Source: Bryobacterales bacterium
Lineage (GTDB): Bacteria > Acidobacteriota > Terriglobia > Bryobacterales > UBA6623
Direction: 5' to 3'
Assembly: GCA_963422375.2 (NCBI GenBank)
Contig: OY729428.2
Span: 768,001 to 832,000 of the forward strand
Length of the DNA: 64,000 bases
Part shown: positions 22,206 to 33,005 of the stretch, one piece after another
How positions within the stretch are numbered: the first letter of the stretch is position 1
How the letters are laid out: each line of letters begins with the position of its first letter
Program-made: the position numbers and the translations under genes
Notes under the pieces: model-generated
What the model was told of the DNA's origin: nothing
What the model saw: only the letters and a program-made list of their open reading frames with translations
Database searches by the model: none

Positions 22206-23855
22206 TCAGAGCACCTTGAACGTCGCGGTCGGCGCGAGGGACTCGTTCTTGACGCTGTCCTCGACCAGCAGGCTCAGGCGGTAGTCGCCCGGCTCCAGGC
22301 TCTGCAGCGGCAGGAGCTTCTCGATCACGACCTGCCTCGCGGACGCCCCGCGGATGTCGTTGACGTTCTCGGTGAAGTCCAGCAGCAGCTCGTCGGGGGA
22401 GTCCAAGCGGGCGATCTGGTAGGTCACGTTGCCTTCGGGCCGGCTCGTCTCCTCGCTCTGGCCGAAGTTGTAGATCTGCATGTAGATGCCCATCTTCTCC
22501 CCGCGCTTGAACGAGTCGTCGATGCGGGGGCGGACCTTGGAACTGCCGATCACGAACTGGCCCGTGCCCAAGGACCGGGTCGGCACACGCTCGATCTTGT
22601 CGGCGATGATCAGGGAGCTGGCGGCCAGCGCCTCGTCGTCGAACTCGGGCACGCGCATCGCCGTGCGGTAGGTGCCCATGGTCTCGCCGACCAGGTCCTT
22701 GACCACGAGCTCGAGCCGGTACATGCCCGGAGCGAGCGGCACCGTCTTGTTGTAGATCGAGGAGCGGGCCGCCTCGTGGGGCAGGCGCTCGGCGGTCGTC
22801 GGGACGCTCACCGTGTCCTCGAAGGTCGACTGGACGCGCCGCGTCATCGTGGTAATACGGCCGAAGATGTTCGCGACCGCCTTGTGCAGGCCGTCCGACT
22901 CCTCCTTGAACATCAGGTTCTCGTTGCGCAGCTGCACAGTGATGCCGGACAGCACGGAACTGTTCGTCACGCGGACGTAGTGGATGTCGACCTCGTACGG
23001 CAGCGTGTCGTAGTCGATGGTCGAGTTGACGATCGCCTCGAGATCCTTGAACTTGACGGTGGGCGGCTTGAAGATGTTGGCGTACAGCTGCAGGCGCTCG
23101 AATTGGTTGTAGCGGATGGACTGCGCGCCGCCGATCGGCATGCCCATGCGCGTGCCGTCGGTCCGGCGGAAGCGGTCGGCCTTCGTGGTCAGGCCCATCT
23201 GCTCCGACAGCGTGAGGCCCGCGCCGGGGACGTGCAGCAGCGCGTCCTTCTCGGACGGATCCATCGTGAGCCGGTACTCGCCGGTCATCGTGGGGTCGAC
23301 GAACTCGAGCAGGATGTCGCTGCCGATGCCCTCGATCCAGCGGTAGCGCCAGATCTCGAATGGGTAGGTGGAGGTGAAGCCGCCGCCCTCCTCGTAGGGC
23401 CTCTGGTACTGCCCGCCAGAGGGATGCGACTCGATCTCGTCCGGGGCGCCGTGGGCGATGTAGATGCGCCCGCGGTCCGTCTTCCAGCCGGGGATCCCCG
23501 ACGCGTAGCGGTCGTTGGTGTAGGCGATGCGGCGGTAGTGCTCTTCCTTGTACTCGTTCTCGATCGAGTCCGGCGTCGGATCCCGGCGCAGCCAGAAGGA
23601 CTCGATGAAGTTCTCGCGCTCCTCGTCCGTGGCCATCTGCACGAACGCCTTGCGCTCCTCCGGAGTGATGATGTAGCGCACGTCCTCGTCGAGCCAGCGC
23701 TTGAAGGGGCCGCGCAGCTCCTTGCGCAGGCGCTCGAGGCGCCGCTTCTCCTGCTTCGCGGTCAGCTTGGCCGGCTCGCCGTTGTCCTGGGCGCCAAGCA
23801 CCCCCGCTCCGGTGAACGCGAGTGCCGCGATCCAAAGCGCGAATCGACTACGCAT
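22206..23855 (-). CDS. GWxTD domain-containing exported protein
   Basis: Signal peptide; WLDEDVRYIIT.EER, FW.RRDPTP, EEHYRRIAY, PGWKTDRGRIYI.HGAPD, PFEIWRY. Confidence 0.92.
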   Translation of the reverse strand: MRSRFALWIAALAFTGAGVLGAQDNGEPAKLTAKQEKRRLERLRKELRGPFKRWLDEDVRYIITPEERKAFVQMATDEERENFIESFWLRRDPTPDSIENEYKEEHYRRIAYTNDRYASGIPGWKTDRGRIYIAHGAPDEIESHPSGGQYQRPYEEGGGFTSTYPFEIWRYRWIEGIGSDILLEFVDPTMTGEYRLTMDPSEKDALLHVPGAGLTLSEQMGLTTKADRFRRTDGTRMGMPIGGAQSIRYNQFERLQLYANIFKPPTVKFKDLEAIVNSTIDYDTLPYEVDIHYVRVTNSSVLSGITVQLRNENLMFKEESDGLHKAVANIFGRITTMTRRVQSTFEDTVSVPTTAERLPHEAARSSIYNKTVPLAPGMYRLELVVKDLVGETMGTYRTAMRVPEFDDEALAASSLIIADKIERVPTRSLGTGQFVIGSSKVRPRIDDSFKRGEKMGIYMQIYNFGQSEETSRPEGNVTYQIARLDSPDELLLDFTENVNDIRGASARQVVIEKLLPLQSLEPGDYRLSLLVEDSVKNESLAPTATFKVL

Positions 23856-23945
23856 GGTGCCTCCCCGTCCGACAGGGGCCCATCGACAGCGCTCGGTTGC
23901 TGCGCACGCGCGGCAACCCGCAACCAGCGATTCTTCCCAGCTTCG

Positions 23946-23974
23946 ATTCTAGTGGCTACGAGGGCGCGCGTCAA
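23946..23974 (-). promoter_or_regulatory. sigma70-type promoter of the GWxTD operon
   Basis: TTGACG-N17-TAGAAT on minus strand, about 90 bp upstream of the GWxTD ATG. Confidence 0.75.
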
Positions 23975-25680
23975 GCGCTAGGGGCCAAATTCCTCGTCTC
24001 AGGGTCCGGGGGGCGGGAGCCGGCCCCTTCGTACCCGAGCACCAGCAGGGTCAGGTCGTCCTTGAGCTGCTCCGCGCCGGCGTAGTCCCGGGCCTCGGCC
24101 AGCAGCGCTTCGAACAGCGCGGGCGCCCCGCGGCCCGCGCCCCGGGCCGCGGCGTCGCGCAGGCGGGTCTCGCCGAACTCCTCGCCCGCCGCGTTGCGCA
24201 GCTCCGAGACCCCGTCGCTGTAGACGACCAGCATGTCGCCGGGCAGCAGGCGGCAGCGGTCCTCGGCGAATTCGGCGTCGGGAAACAGCCCGACCGGCCG
24301 GCTGTTCGGCGGCAGGCGCTCGAGCTGCCCGGCGGCGCGCACGAGAATTGCCGGGCAGTGCCCGGCGTTGCTCCAGCGCACCGCTCCGTCCTCGGCGATG
24401 ACGAGGCCGAAGACCGTCACGAAGCGGGCACCCGCGGAGCGCTCGCAGAGGTACCGGTTGATGCGCTGCAGCGTGCCCGCGAGGGGCACGTCGGGGCCGG
24501 CCCCGAGGAAGAACGCCCCCTGCAGGAGGGACGCCAGGATGGAGGCGGCGACGCCCTTCCCGGACACGTCGGCCACCACCGCGGCCCACTTGCCCGGGGA
24601 CACCTGCATCACGTCGTAGTAGTCCCCGCCCAGCTGCGCGCTCGACTCGCAATGGCCCTTGGCCAGCAGCCAGCCCCGGCTCGGCAGGGCGGACGGCAGC
24701 AGGGCGCGCTGGATGCCGCGGGCCATCCTCAGCTCCTGCTCGAGGCGGCGCTTCTCGCGCTCCTCCTCGATCAGCCGAGCGTTCTCCAGAACCGTCCAAA
24801 TCTCGATCGCGAGCGCCTGCAGCAGCGCCTGGCTGCCCTCCGCCAGGCGCACCTCGGGATCGCTCGTGTCCATGTAGAGCACGCCCAGGGTGTCCTTCTT
24901 GGTGGAGATGATGCTGGTCTCATTGTCCTGGCCCACGCGCATGCGCAGGATAGGAACGCCCAGCGCGCTGCGCAGGTCGAGCTCGGCCGCCGTGCGGCTG
25001 GCATGGCCGCCGGGACCCGTCGCGGACGGCCCCAGCTGCATCGAGAAGAGCTCGCGCCGGCGGTCCAAGGCGTCGCCAATCATCGCGAGAGGCACCCTCA
25101 GGTCCCCGGGCCCGCGCTTCTCGCCCGAAGAGTCGCGGGCCACCTTGACGCTCAGGTCGCCCGTCTCCTCGCGGAGCAGCAGGAAGGCGCGTTCGGCGCC
25201 GGCGATCGTCAGGGCCGCCTCGACGACCGCCTCGAACACCTCGTCGACGCCGTCGGAGGCTTCCATCGTGCGGGCGACCTCCATGACCGCGGCCAGCCGA
25301 CCGAGGGCGCCGGTGCGGCCCCGGGCGGCGTCGATGCGCGAGACCTGTTTCAGGAGCGGCGCCTGCGGGCTGGCACCCCCGCAGGCCGTGAGCTGGTACG
25401 AGTCCGCGACGCCGAAACCGATACGGTCGCCACTTGCCAAGCGGCGCTCCCGGACCCGCTCGTCGTTGACCGTGACGCCGTGGCGGCTCTCGAGATCCTC
25501 GATCACGTAGTCGCCGCCGTCGTTGCGAATGCGGGCGTGCCGACGCGAGATGCGCCCGTCGCGCAGCGCGAGGTCGCAGTCCTGGTGGCGGCCGATGACG
25601 AACGGGTTGCGAGCGACATGCACTTGGACGCACTCGCCCGACGGGGCCTCGACCAGCAGCAGGAGAGAAACGAGGCCCAT
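23971..25680 (-). CDS. FHA-GAF-SpoIIE (PP2C) Ser/Thr phosphatase
   Basis: FHA: IGRHQDCD..ISRRHA..DLESRHGVTVN; GAF: GVLYMD; PP2C: GGDYYD, ADVSGKG, NAGH, YSDGVSE, DDLT. Confidence 0.9.
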   Translation of the reverse strand: MGLVSLLLLVEAPSGECVQVHVARNPFVIGRHQDCDLALRDGRISRRHARIRNDGGDYVIEDLESRHGVTVNDERVRERRLASGDRIGFGVADSYQLTACGGASPQAPLLKQVSRIDAARGRTGALGRLAAVMEVARTMEASDGVDEVFEAVVEAALTIAGAERAFLLLREETGDLSVKVARDSSGEKRGPGDLRVPLAMIGDALDRRRELFSMQLGPSATGPGGHASRTAAELDLRSALGVPILRMRVGQDNETSIISTKKDTLGVLYMDTSDPEVRLAEGSQALLQALAIEIWTVLENARLIEEEREKRRLEQELRMARGIQRALLPSALPSRGWLLAKGHCESSAQLGGDYYDVMQVSPGKWAAVVADVSGKGVAASILASLLQGAFFLGAGPDVPLAGTLQRINRYLCERSAGARFVTVFGLVIAEDGAVRWSNAGHCPAILVRAAGQLERLPPNSRPVGLFPDAEFAEDRCRLLPGDMLVVYSDGVSELRNAAGEEFGETRLRDAAARGAGRGAPALFEALLAEARDYAGAEQLKDDLTLLVLGYEGAGSRPPDPETRNLAPSA

Positions 25681-25730
25681 GGATTCGCGCTCGCGGGAAG
25701 GCACCGCGGCAGGGGCGGGTCCGGGCCGGC

Positions 25731-26231
25731 TCACGCCGGCGGCGAGGCCTTCGACGGACCGTCGGCTTCGTCCGCGGCCAAGTCTCCTTGCTGGCAGTCG
25801 GCGCAAAAGCCGCCGATCTCGGTGCGGGCGACCTGGACCTTGAAACCGAACTGCGACTCGACCTGGCTCCTGATCTGCTGCAGCGGCTCGCCGAAGTACT
25901 CGACGACCGACCCGCAGCCCATGCAAACGATGTGGGCGTGCTCCCGCTTGAGGCGCGTCTCGTAATAATGGTGCTCGCCTTCGTAGTGCATCAGATCCAG
26001 CTCGTCAACCAAGCCCTGCTCCTTGAGGACCTTGAGAGTGCGGTACACCGTCACCCGGTTGATCTTCGGATCCTGCTCCTTCGCCAGGTCGAAGAGCTGC
26101 TCGGCGTTCAGGTGGGCGTGCGAGTTGTGGATCAGCCCGAAAATGAGCTCGCGCTGGCGGGTCAGGCGAATACCATGCCGCCGGAGCGGCTCCCTGAGAC
26201 TCCGCTTTGAGGCCGGCGCGAGCACTGGCAT
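25731..26231 (-). CDS. fur: Fur-family transcriptional regulator
   Basis: GIRLTRQRELI, HLNAEQL, TVYRTL, HAHIVCMGCG, CADC; start may be GTG at 26225. Confidence 0.9.
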   Translation of the reverse strand: MPVLAPASKRSLREPLRRHGIRLTRQRELIFGLIHNSHAHLNAEQLFDLAKEQDPKINRVTVYRTLKVLKEQGLVDELDLMHYEGEHHYYETRLKREHAHIVCMGCGSVVEYFGEPLQQIRSQVESQFGFKVQVARTEIGGFCADCQQGDLAADEADGPSKASPPA

Positions 26232-26316
26232 CAATCTAGCACAGGCACCCGCCGAAGGAGCGCCGCGCGACGGCCCCCGTGCGCTTAGAATGAGGGTACC
26301 ACCCGCTTTCCTGTGT

Positions 26317-26393
26317 CGGGCCGTGGCGCAGCCTGGTAGCGCGCTTCCTTGGGGTGGAAGAGGTCCCGAGTTCAAATCTCGGCGGCCCGACCA
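26317..26393 (+). tRNA. tRNA-Pro (GGG)
   Basis: 77 nt CGGGCCG...CGGCCCGACCA; D-loop AGCCTGGTA, anticodon arm CTTCC-TTGGGGT-GGAAG, T-loop GTTCAAATC, encoded CCA. Confidence 0.97.
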
Positions 26394-26404
26394 ATCGCGG
26401 CGGC

Positions 26405-27040
26405 GCAGCTAGACGTCGCCGAGCTGCCCCGGCTCCGTTGTGCTGTCGCCGACCGTGCGCCGATGCGGCCCAGCAGCGCCACGAACAGGTTCGTCAGCGG
26501 CGTTCCCCGCGGGTACACGACGTGCCGGCCGAGCCGCAGCGCACCGCCCCGGCCCGCGAGCATGATCGGCAGGTCCTCGTGCGTGTGCTTGTTGCCGTCC
26601 GAGGTCCCGCTGCCGTAGACGACCATCGAGCGGTCGAGCAGCGTGCCGTCCCCGTCGTCCGCCGCGTCGAGCTTGCCCAGGAACGCGGCGAACTGCTCGG
26701 CGTGGTAGGCGTTGATCCGGGTAACCCTCTCGATCGACTCCGCGTTGCCCCCGTGGTGCGTCAGGGGGTGGTGGGACGCCGGCACGCCGATTTCCGCGTC
26801 CGTCCGCAGGCTCCCCTCGCGCCCGATCATGCAGGTGATTGCACGCGTCAGGTCCGCCCGCATCGCGAGAATCTGCGGATCGAACATCAGCTGGAGGCAG
26901 TCCGCGAAGCGCGCCGGGATGCCCACCGGGCTGGGCACGCCCGGATCGAACGCTCGGCTGTCGCCTTCGGCCGCCTCGATGCGCCGCGCGACCTCGCGGA
27001 CGCCGTGGAGGTACTAGTCGAGCCTGCGCCGGTTCTCCCC
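26405..27040 (-). pseudogene. DUF1552-family C-terminal fragment
   Basis: LD*YLHGVREV, QLMFD, HHPLTHH, DGTLLDRSMVVYGSG.SDGN.H.H..LP; N-terminal half absent, internal stop. Confidence 0.75.
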
Positions 27041-27830
27041 CTCCATGCCTGTGGGGCGGCCGAGGCGGCCACCTCGACCGATGCGACCCACCGCCCGTCG
27101 ATCCAGAGGATTCCCTCGAACGGGTCGGAAAGCCTGGGGCGATTCCCTTCCGGGGAGATCCGAAAGTCTTAGATCGCGCTCGCGGGAAATAAATGCGTGG
27201 CATGGAGGGCGCTGGGATGGCTCAGGCCGGTCACGTCGCAATCCAGGACTGTGCAGGGCAGCTTGTACAGGAAGCGGGCGTTGCAGCGGCCGTCGAGGCC
27301 CCAGCGCGGCGGCGGCTGGTGCCGCACCACGGTCGGCTCGATCTCGGGAGGCCCGAACAGGGCCCTCCGCCCGAGCGTCTCGGCAGCTGCGAGGTACGCA
27401 TCCATCAGCGCAGGCGAGAGCGCCTCCGCGACGGTGTCGAAGCCGTGGCCGGAATCGTCCGGCGGGAACCGGTCCGCCGACCGCAGGTCTAGGCCAAGCG
27501 GGTCGCGCACGGTGTTGTCGTACTCAGCCCGGTTCAGTCGGTGCGCCGTCACCCGCCCGGCCGCTGGCACCGCCGGCTCGTCAATCCGGTCGATGCCGTT
27601 TCCGATCCATCCAACTGCCTGCCGCACAGCGGAGGCCGGCGGCGAGGAGCACCCCGCGGAGGCATCTCGCCACTGGAAAGCGTGGCGCGGACGCGGTCCC
27701 AGCGCTCGCTGGTCGGCTCGGTCAGGCCTGCTCCGAGAAGCGCGCCTAGGTCGAGTCCGCCCGACCGCACTTCGGCACCGTGGCACCGCGAGCAGTGATC
27801 CCGCAGGAGCTCCGCGACGGTCTCGGGCAC
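27041..27830 (-). pseudogene. Planctomycete-type cytochrome c / DUF1587-DUF1592 protein N-terminal fragment
   Basis: HCSRCHG..GGLDL, GEMPP, then in another frame HRLNRAEYDNTVRD..FPPDDSGHGFD; frameshift and stop. Confidence 0.72.
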
Positions 27831-28046
27831 GTCGGAGCGCAGGACCCGACCGAGGCGAGCGCCCCGACAAGAGCGGCCATACAGCACCCGACCCTCACGC
27901 CCCAACCAATCCAGACGGGGAATTCCCCGGCATGCGATCAGCGAGGCTACCGCCCGGGCGCAGCCGCCGCATCGAGCAGCCGCCGTATCGAGAGGTCATG
28001 TGAGAAGATCGAAGCGGCCGCAGCGAGCGGCGCGAATCCGACACCC

Positions 28047-29834
28047 ATGCCAAGCAAACCGAAACGACAGGCGACCCGCCTAGCAGCCGGCTGCGCCGCC
28101 GTGCTCGCTTTCGCCGGGGCGTGCGCTTCCGACGGCGGCGCGTCGAAGCACCCGAACGTGGTGGTCTTCCTCGCCGACGATCAGGGCTGGGGCGACCTCA
28201 GCGTCCACGGCAATTCGAATCTCTCGACGCCGCACATCGATTCGCTGGCGAGAGACGGCGCGCTCTTCGAGCATTTCTACGTTTGCGCGGTGTGCGCGCC
28301 CACGCGGGCCGAGTTCCTCACCGGGCGCTACTACGCCCGGGGCGGCGTGCGGGGCGTCTCGACCGGCCAGGAGCGACTGAACATCGACGAGCACACCATC
28401 GCTCAAACGTTCCAAGCGGCCGGGTACGCCACGGGAGCGTTCGGGAAATGGCACAACGGCACGCAGCACCCGTACCATCCGAACGCGCGGGGATTCGACG
28501 AGTTCTACGGCTTCACCGAGGGGCACTGGGGCCACTACTTCGATTACGAGCTGGATCACAACGGCGAGCTGGTGAAGGGCGAGGGCTTCGCCGTCGACGA
28601 CTTCACCAACCGCGCCATGGCCTTCATGGAGCGGCATCGGGACCGTCCATTCTTCGCGTACGTGCCGTATAACACGCCGCATTCCCCGATGCAGGTCCCG
28701 GACCAGTACTGGGACCGGTTCGAGTCGAAGGAACTCGCGATGCGCCACAGGGCCCCCGAGAGGGAGGACGTGCCCAAGACCCGCGCCGCCCTGGCGATGG
28801 TCGAGAACATCGACTGGAACGTCGGACGCGTGCTGGCGAAGCTCGACGAACTGGGCCTTAGCGAGGACACGATCATCCTCTACTTCAGCGACAACGGCCC
28901 GAACGGCTGGCGGTGGAACGGCGGCTTGAAGGGCCGCAAGGGCTCGATCGACGAGGGCGGTCTGCGCTCGCCGCTGCTCGTCCGCTGGACGGGACTGATC
29001 CAGTCGGGCCGCGTGATCTCGGAGGTGGCCGGCGCGATCGACCTGCTCCCGACACTGGCCGACCTAGCGGGAATCGAAGTCGCCGGGGCCAAGCCCCTCG
29101 ACGGACGCAGCCTGGCACCCCTGCTGACCGGCGCCGGAGCCGAGTGGGAGGACCGGCTGCTGTATTCCCTGCGGATCCAGCGCGGGCAGCAGCTGGTGAG
29201 CGTCCGCAACCAGCGGTTCCGGATGGATGCCGCGGGCGAGCTTTTCGATATCGAGACCGACCCCGGGCAGCATGAGAACGTCGCGGACAGGTTTCCGGAC
29301 GAAGCGGAGGCCATGCGGGCCGCAGCCGCGGCCTGGGGTACCGAGGTCGCTCCGAGCGTCGGCCCGGACGACCGGCCGTTTCCGGTCGGCCATGCGGGGC
29401 TGACCCTGCTTCCTGCCCGCGACGGCGTGCCGCACGGCGGAATCGAGCGCAGCGCCCGCGCGCCGAACTGCTCGTACTTCACGAACTGGACGAGTGCCCA
29501 AGACTCGATCACTTGGGACATCGAGGTCGCCGAGGCCGGCGAGTATGAAATCGGCGTTTACTATGCCGCGTCCGAGCCTGGATCGACGATCTACGCGACC
29601 TTCGAGGGCGCGACGGTCACCGGCAAGGTCGATGAAGCCCACGATCCACCGGCCTACGGCGCGGAAGACGACCGGGTGCCGCGGGTGGGCGAGTCACTGG
29701 TGAAGGATTTCCGGCCGCTCGTGCTGGGCAGGGCGACGCTTCCGGAGGCGCGCGGAACACTGACATTGAAAGCGGCTGACGTGGCCGGGGCGCAGGTGGC
29801 GGAGATCCGCTACGTGTCCCTTCGGCAACTGTAG
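28047..29834 (+). CDS. Arylsulfatase (Cys-type S1 sulfatase) with C-terminal beta-sandwich extension
   Basis: [41 protein letters not shown]. Confidence 0.93.
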   Translation: MPSKPKRQATRLAAGCAAVLAFAGACASDGGASKHPNVVVFLADDQGWGDLSVHGNSNLSTPHIDSLARDGALFEHFYVCAVCAPTRAEFLTGRYYARGGVRGVSTGQERLNIDEHTIAQTFQAAGYATGAFGKWHNGTQHPYHPNARGFDEFYGFTEGHWGHYFDYELDHNGELVKGEGFAVDDFTNRAMAFMERHRDRPFFAYVPYNTPHSPMQVPDQYWDRFESKELAMRHRAPEREDVPKTRAALAMVENIDWNVGRVLAKLDELGLSEDTIILYFSDNGPNGWRWNGGLKGRKGSIDEGGLRSPLLVRWTGLIQSGRVISEVAGAIDLLPTLADLAGIEVAGAKPLDGRSLAPLLTGAGAEWEDRLLYSLRIQRGQQLVSVRNQRFRMDAAGELFDIETDPGQHENVADRFPDEAEAMRAAAAAWGTEVAPSVGPDDRPFPVGHAGLTLLPARDGVPHGGIERSARAPNCSYFTNWTSAQDSITWDIEVAEAGEYEIGVYYAASEPGSTIYATFEGATVTGKVDEAHDPPAYGAEDDRVPRVGESLVKDFRPLVLGRATLPEARGTLTLKAADVAGAQVAEIRYVSLRQL

Positions 29835-30225
29835 GGGGAGCATTCCCGCCAGAGCGATTCCGCTCGGTCCGGACTGGCTTCGAGGTGCCTCGCGGCGCAC
29901 CGAGTCGGCGTCGGTCGGCAGCAAGGGTCTCGGACTCGAGACCCTCGTTTGCGGCGTACTGCATGGTGGCGAGTCCGTGCGCCCAGTCGGCCAAGCCCTC
30001 CGGCCCATAGCGTGACTACCGCAATACCCATTCGGATCGCATTCGTGCCGTCGCGGCTTCGGGACAGGGCGTAGCCAGCACCGTCCGGGGCGCACGCGGC
30101 ATCAAGGAGCAGTGGCTTCGCCCTTGGCTTCTTGCGACCCTCCGCATCTCTCGCATCTCGAGGGCTGTCCGGCGACTCCGATACGCTCTTTCCCCGGCAA
30201 TCGGATCGTCATTTTCAAATGGGTA

Positions 30226-31241
30226 CCTGATTACCCACAAGACTCAGCCAAGGTTAGGAGGCGGTAAGGCCTCGGCGGGGTGCGCACGGAGGCGTGGAGC
30301 AGGCGGGGGACCAGCGCCTCCGGATCGTAGCGGCGGTTGAAGCGGTAGCGGAACTCGGCGAGGTACCGCGGCAGGTGCTTGCCGTTGAGCGAATGGCAGG
30401 TTCCCGCCAGGGACCGCTTGACGTTCGCCAGCATCGTGTTGACCCGGAAGAAGCGGGAATGCCCGCAGCTCCGCTGCCCGCCTGCGGTGACGGTCAGCAC
30501 GTGCTCGCAGCCGGCGCCGGCCACGCCCCGCAAGCAGGCCGGGCCGTCGGAATGCACCTCCGTGCCGGGCTGCAAGTGCCGCCCGGCCCATGCTGCCAGC
30601 GTCTTCTGGCGGAAGCCCGCCACGCCGCTCAGGCGCATCCTTGCCGGCTGGCCGGCGGCGGTGACCTGCACGGCGGCGACGAACGGCGTCTTGCCCGCCG
30701 CGCCGCGCCCGCGCTTGCCGCCGGTCCGCTCCCCGCCCCGGTAGGCGTCGTCCACCTGCACGATGCCGCCCGGCGGCACGCGCTCGTCGCGCTCCTTCAT
30801 CACTTGCAAGAGCTTGTGCTTCATCTTCCAGGCCGTGTTCCGGCTGACCCCCGGCTGCCGCGCCCAGTTCCAGCGACGAAACGCCGTGCTGGCCCTGCGT
30901 CAGCAGGTGGATCGCCAGCAACCGGACGGTCAGCGGCAGCTTGGTGGCGGCGAAGATCGTGCCGGCGACGAGGGAGGTCCGGCGGTGGCAGGCATTGCAC
31001 TGCCACAGCTTGCGGGAGCGGATGCGGCAGTGCCGGCGGAAGCCGCACTCCGGGCAGCGGGCGTTGAAGACGGCCTGCTCGCATGGCCCCTCGCTGCCGT
31101 AGCGCTGCAGGAACTTGCCCGGGCTGAGTCCCTTCTGGAATTGCACGCGATTGCCTTTCAGCGGCTATCCCCTTTCCTGTCAGATATTTCCGACCTCCTT
31201 CAGTATAGCATATCCTCGGCTGACGTTCGTTGGTAATCAGG
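30226..31241 (-). mobile_element. IS1595-family insertion sequence (1016 bp)
   Basis: Imperfect 28-bp terminal IRs starting CCTGATTACC; 8-bp direct repeat AATGGGTA at 30218-30225 and 31242-31249. Confidence 0.93.
30231..31161 (-). pseudogene. IS1595 (ISXO2-like DDE) transposase, frameshifted
   Basis: QFQKGLS, CPECG..WQCNAC Zn ribbon, AGTIF.ATKLPL; frameshift near 30860; VQVDDAY, GKRGRGAAGK, HSDG, YLAEFRYRFNRR. Confidence 0.9.
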
Positions 31242-31669
31242 AATGGGTAACTCTAGCAAACTGCAAGAGATTCGAAGACAGACCGCACCCACGACCACAG
31301 CCGCGGTGCTCCGCTTGCGGACGGGCCCAGTGGCCGCTCCGACGCGAACCTCCGGCACGCAATCCGGTCACCCAATTGCGCCCCGCCGAATTGGGGCGTT
31401 TCGCTCTGATCATTCACGAAGCCTTCAAGGCGACCGTTGGATCGCGTGTCGGGCGCGACATGCACCACCGGACTCAGTGCCAGCGGAATTGGGCCGGCGG
31501 ACGGCCTGAATCCAGCCATCCTTGCCCGACAGGCACCAATTCCGTGCATTCCGGGAGGAGAAGAATCTCACTGAAGATCGATTCCTAGCGACGGGCTTCA
31601 TTCTTGAATGATCCGAGCGAGATCGCTTGCATTCCGAGACCGCCGGTACAATGAGACCGGGACCCGGCC

Positions 31670-32431
31670 ATGTCGACACTCGCGTCTCCCGCGCCGGCGG
31701 AAGCCACCCGGGCCGAGCGGGAGCTGTACCTCAAAGACCCCTACTCGTGGGCGCGGTGGCAGTCCGACCTGCTGCGACGGCGGGACTTCAAGCGCGTCGA
31801 CTGGGAGAGCGTGATTGAGGAGATCGAGGACGTGGGGAGGAGCACGCAGGCCCGCTGGACGTCGCTGTGCGCGCGGGCCGTCGAGCACCTGCTCAAGATG
31901 CAGTACTGGGGGTCGCGCAACCCAGACGCGCTGGGGCACTGGAGTCGCGAGGTCCGCAACTTCCGGCACCAGATGGCCCGCGTGCCGAGAAGGAGTCCGG
32001 GCCTGAAGGGAAGGCTGGACGGGATGTTCGCCGAGGCATGGGAGGACGGGCGCGAAGACGCCGCCAGGGCGCTGGCCGACTACGAGGAAGAGGATCTCGG
32101 AGCCGACGCCAAGGCCGCCGAGCGCAGGTGGCTCGCGACCATCCCCGAACAGCCGGCCTTCGGGTTGGACGAGATCGCTGGCATGGATCCTAGGAAAGCA
32201 GACCAGCCGGCAGGGACTCTTGGCCACCCGCTGTGGAGCTGGTCCTGCACCCGAGAGTGCCCCTACCCAGCCACACGCGAGGGCGCTGACACGCCGGAGG
32301 ACTGCAGCCGCCGAGCAGCGGGCTGCAGGGGAGAGATGATCCGAGGCGGCTCCGTCACGGATCGCTGGCTCTCCGAATCCTGCGCCGGGATAGGCACCCA
32401 TTTGAAGAGTCCATCAGAGACCCGCAGCTAA
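31670..32431 (+). CDS. DUF29-family protein (C-terminal extension may be spurious)
   Basis: LYLKDPYSWARWQSDLLRRRDFKRVDWESVIEEIEDVGRS, EHLLKMQYW, SPGLK. Confidence 0.85.
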   Translation: MSTLASPAPAEATRAERELYLKDPYSWARWQSDLLRRRDFKRVDWESVIEEIEDVGRSTQARWTSLCARAVEHLLKMQYWGSRNPDALGHWSREVRNFRHQMARVPRRSPGLKGRLDGMFAEAWEDGREDAARALADYEEEDLGADAKAAERRWLATIPEQPAFGLDEIAGMDPRKADQPAGTLGHPLWSWSCTRECPYPATREGADTPEDCSRRAAGCRGEMIRGGSVTDRWLSESCAGIGTHLKSPSETRS

Positions 32432-33005
32432 TGAAGAGCATTCTTTTCGTGGCGGAGAGCGGCGAATCCGCGCTGGCCGCCGCCAGCGTGTCCGACGACA
32501 CCAAGCGCTCCTACGGCGCGGTCGATGTCTCGATCACCGACCTGCCGTTCTACGGCGGCCTGCGGCGATCGGAAGTAGCCTCGTTCGCGTGGGGCGATTT
32601 CGAGTCATCCTTCGGAGTGGCGGGCGCGGTGCCCATCACGGCGCGCCGGTCGAAGACCGGCAGGACCGGCGAGCGGGCAGACGTGTGCTTGGTCAAGGGG
32701 CCGACCGCAGCCGCGCTCGTGGGGATTCGGCCGCTGAACGCCGATCCGCGGACCAAGGCGATCGGCCTCGGAGCCGCGCAAATCAAGAGGCGCTTGGCGG
32801 CTGCTGCCGAAGAAGCGGGCATCGACGTCACCGGTCGACGCCTCTCCGCGCAACCCGGCCGCAGCGCCCTCGCCAGCGAACTCACCAAGCGCGGCGCTCC
32901 TGCCGGGCGCCATGCGGGCGGGCAATTGGAAGACCTCGCGGATGGTCGCTCACTACTCCGCGGCCGCTACCGCCGAGGCTGTCGCGGTCGCTCGCGATCT
33001 CTTGT
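32431..33005 (+). pseudogene. Tyrosine recombinase (Cre-like) remnant
   Basis: GGLRRSE, RRSKT, degenerate HxxR (SAQPGR..ASEL), then shifted frame AGNWKTSRMVAHYS with catalytic Tyr; N-terminal domain largely deleted. Confidence 0.78.

Noticed and set aside
19987..23835. 1282-aa minus-strand ORF spanning the GWxTD operon (likewise 12098-15490, 10875-12959, 34730-37195, 50898-53237, 57936-59573, 59021-60469)
   Set aside because: Only the 3' parts are real genes; the 5' extensions are Arg/Ala/Gly-rich off-frame or antisense read-through of neighbouring genes
27960..27991. 16-bp tandem repeat GCAGCCGCCG(C/T)ATCGA x2 as CRISPR-like array
   Set aside because: Only two adjacent copies, no spacers, no cas genes; no CRISPR array seen anywhere in the window
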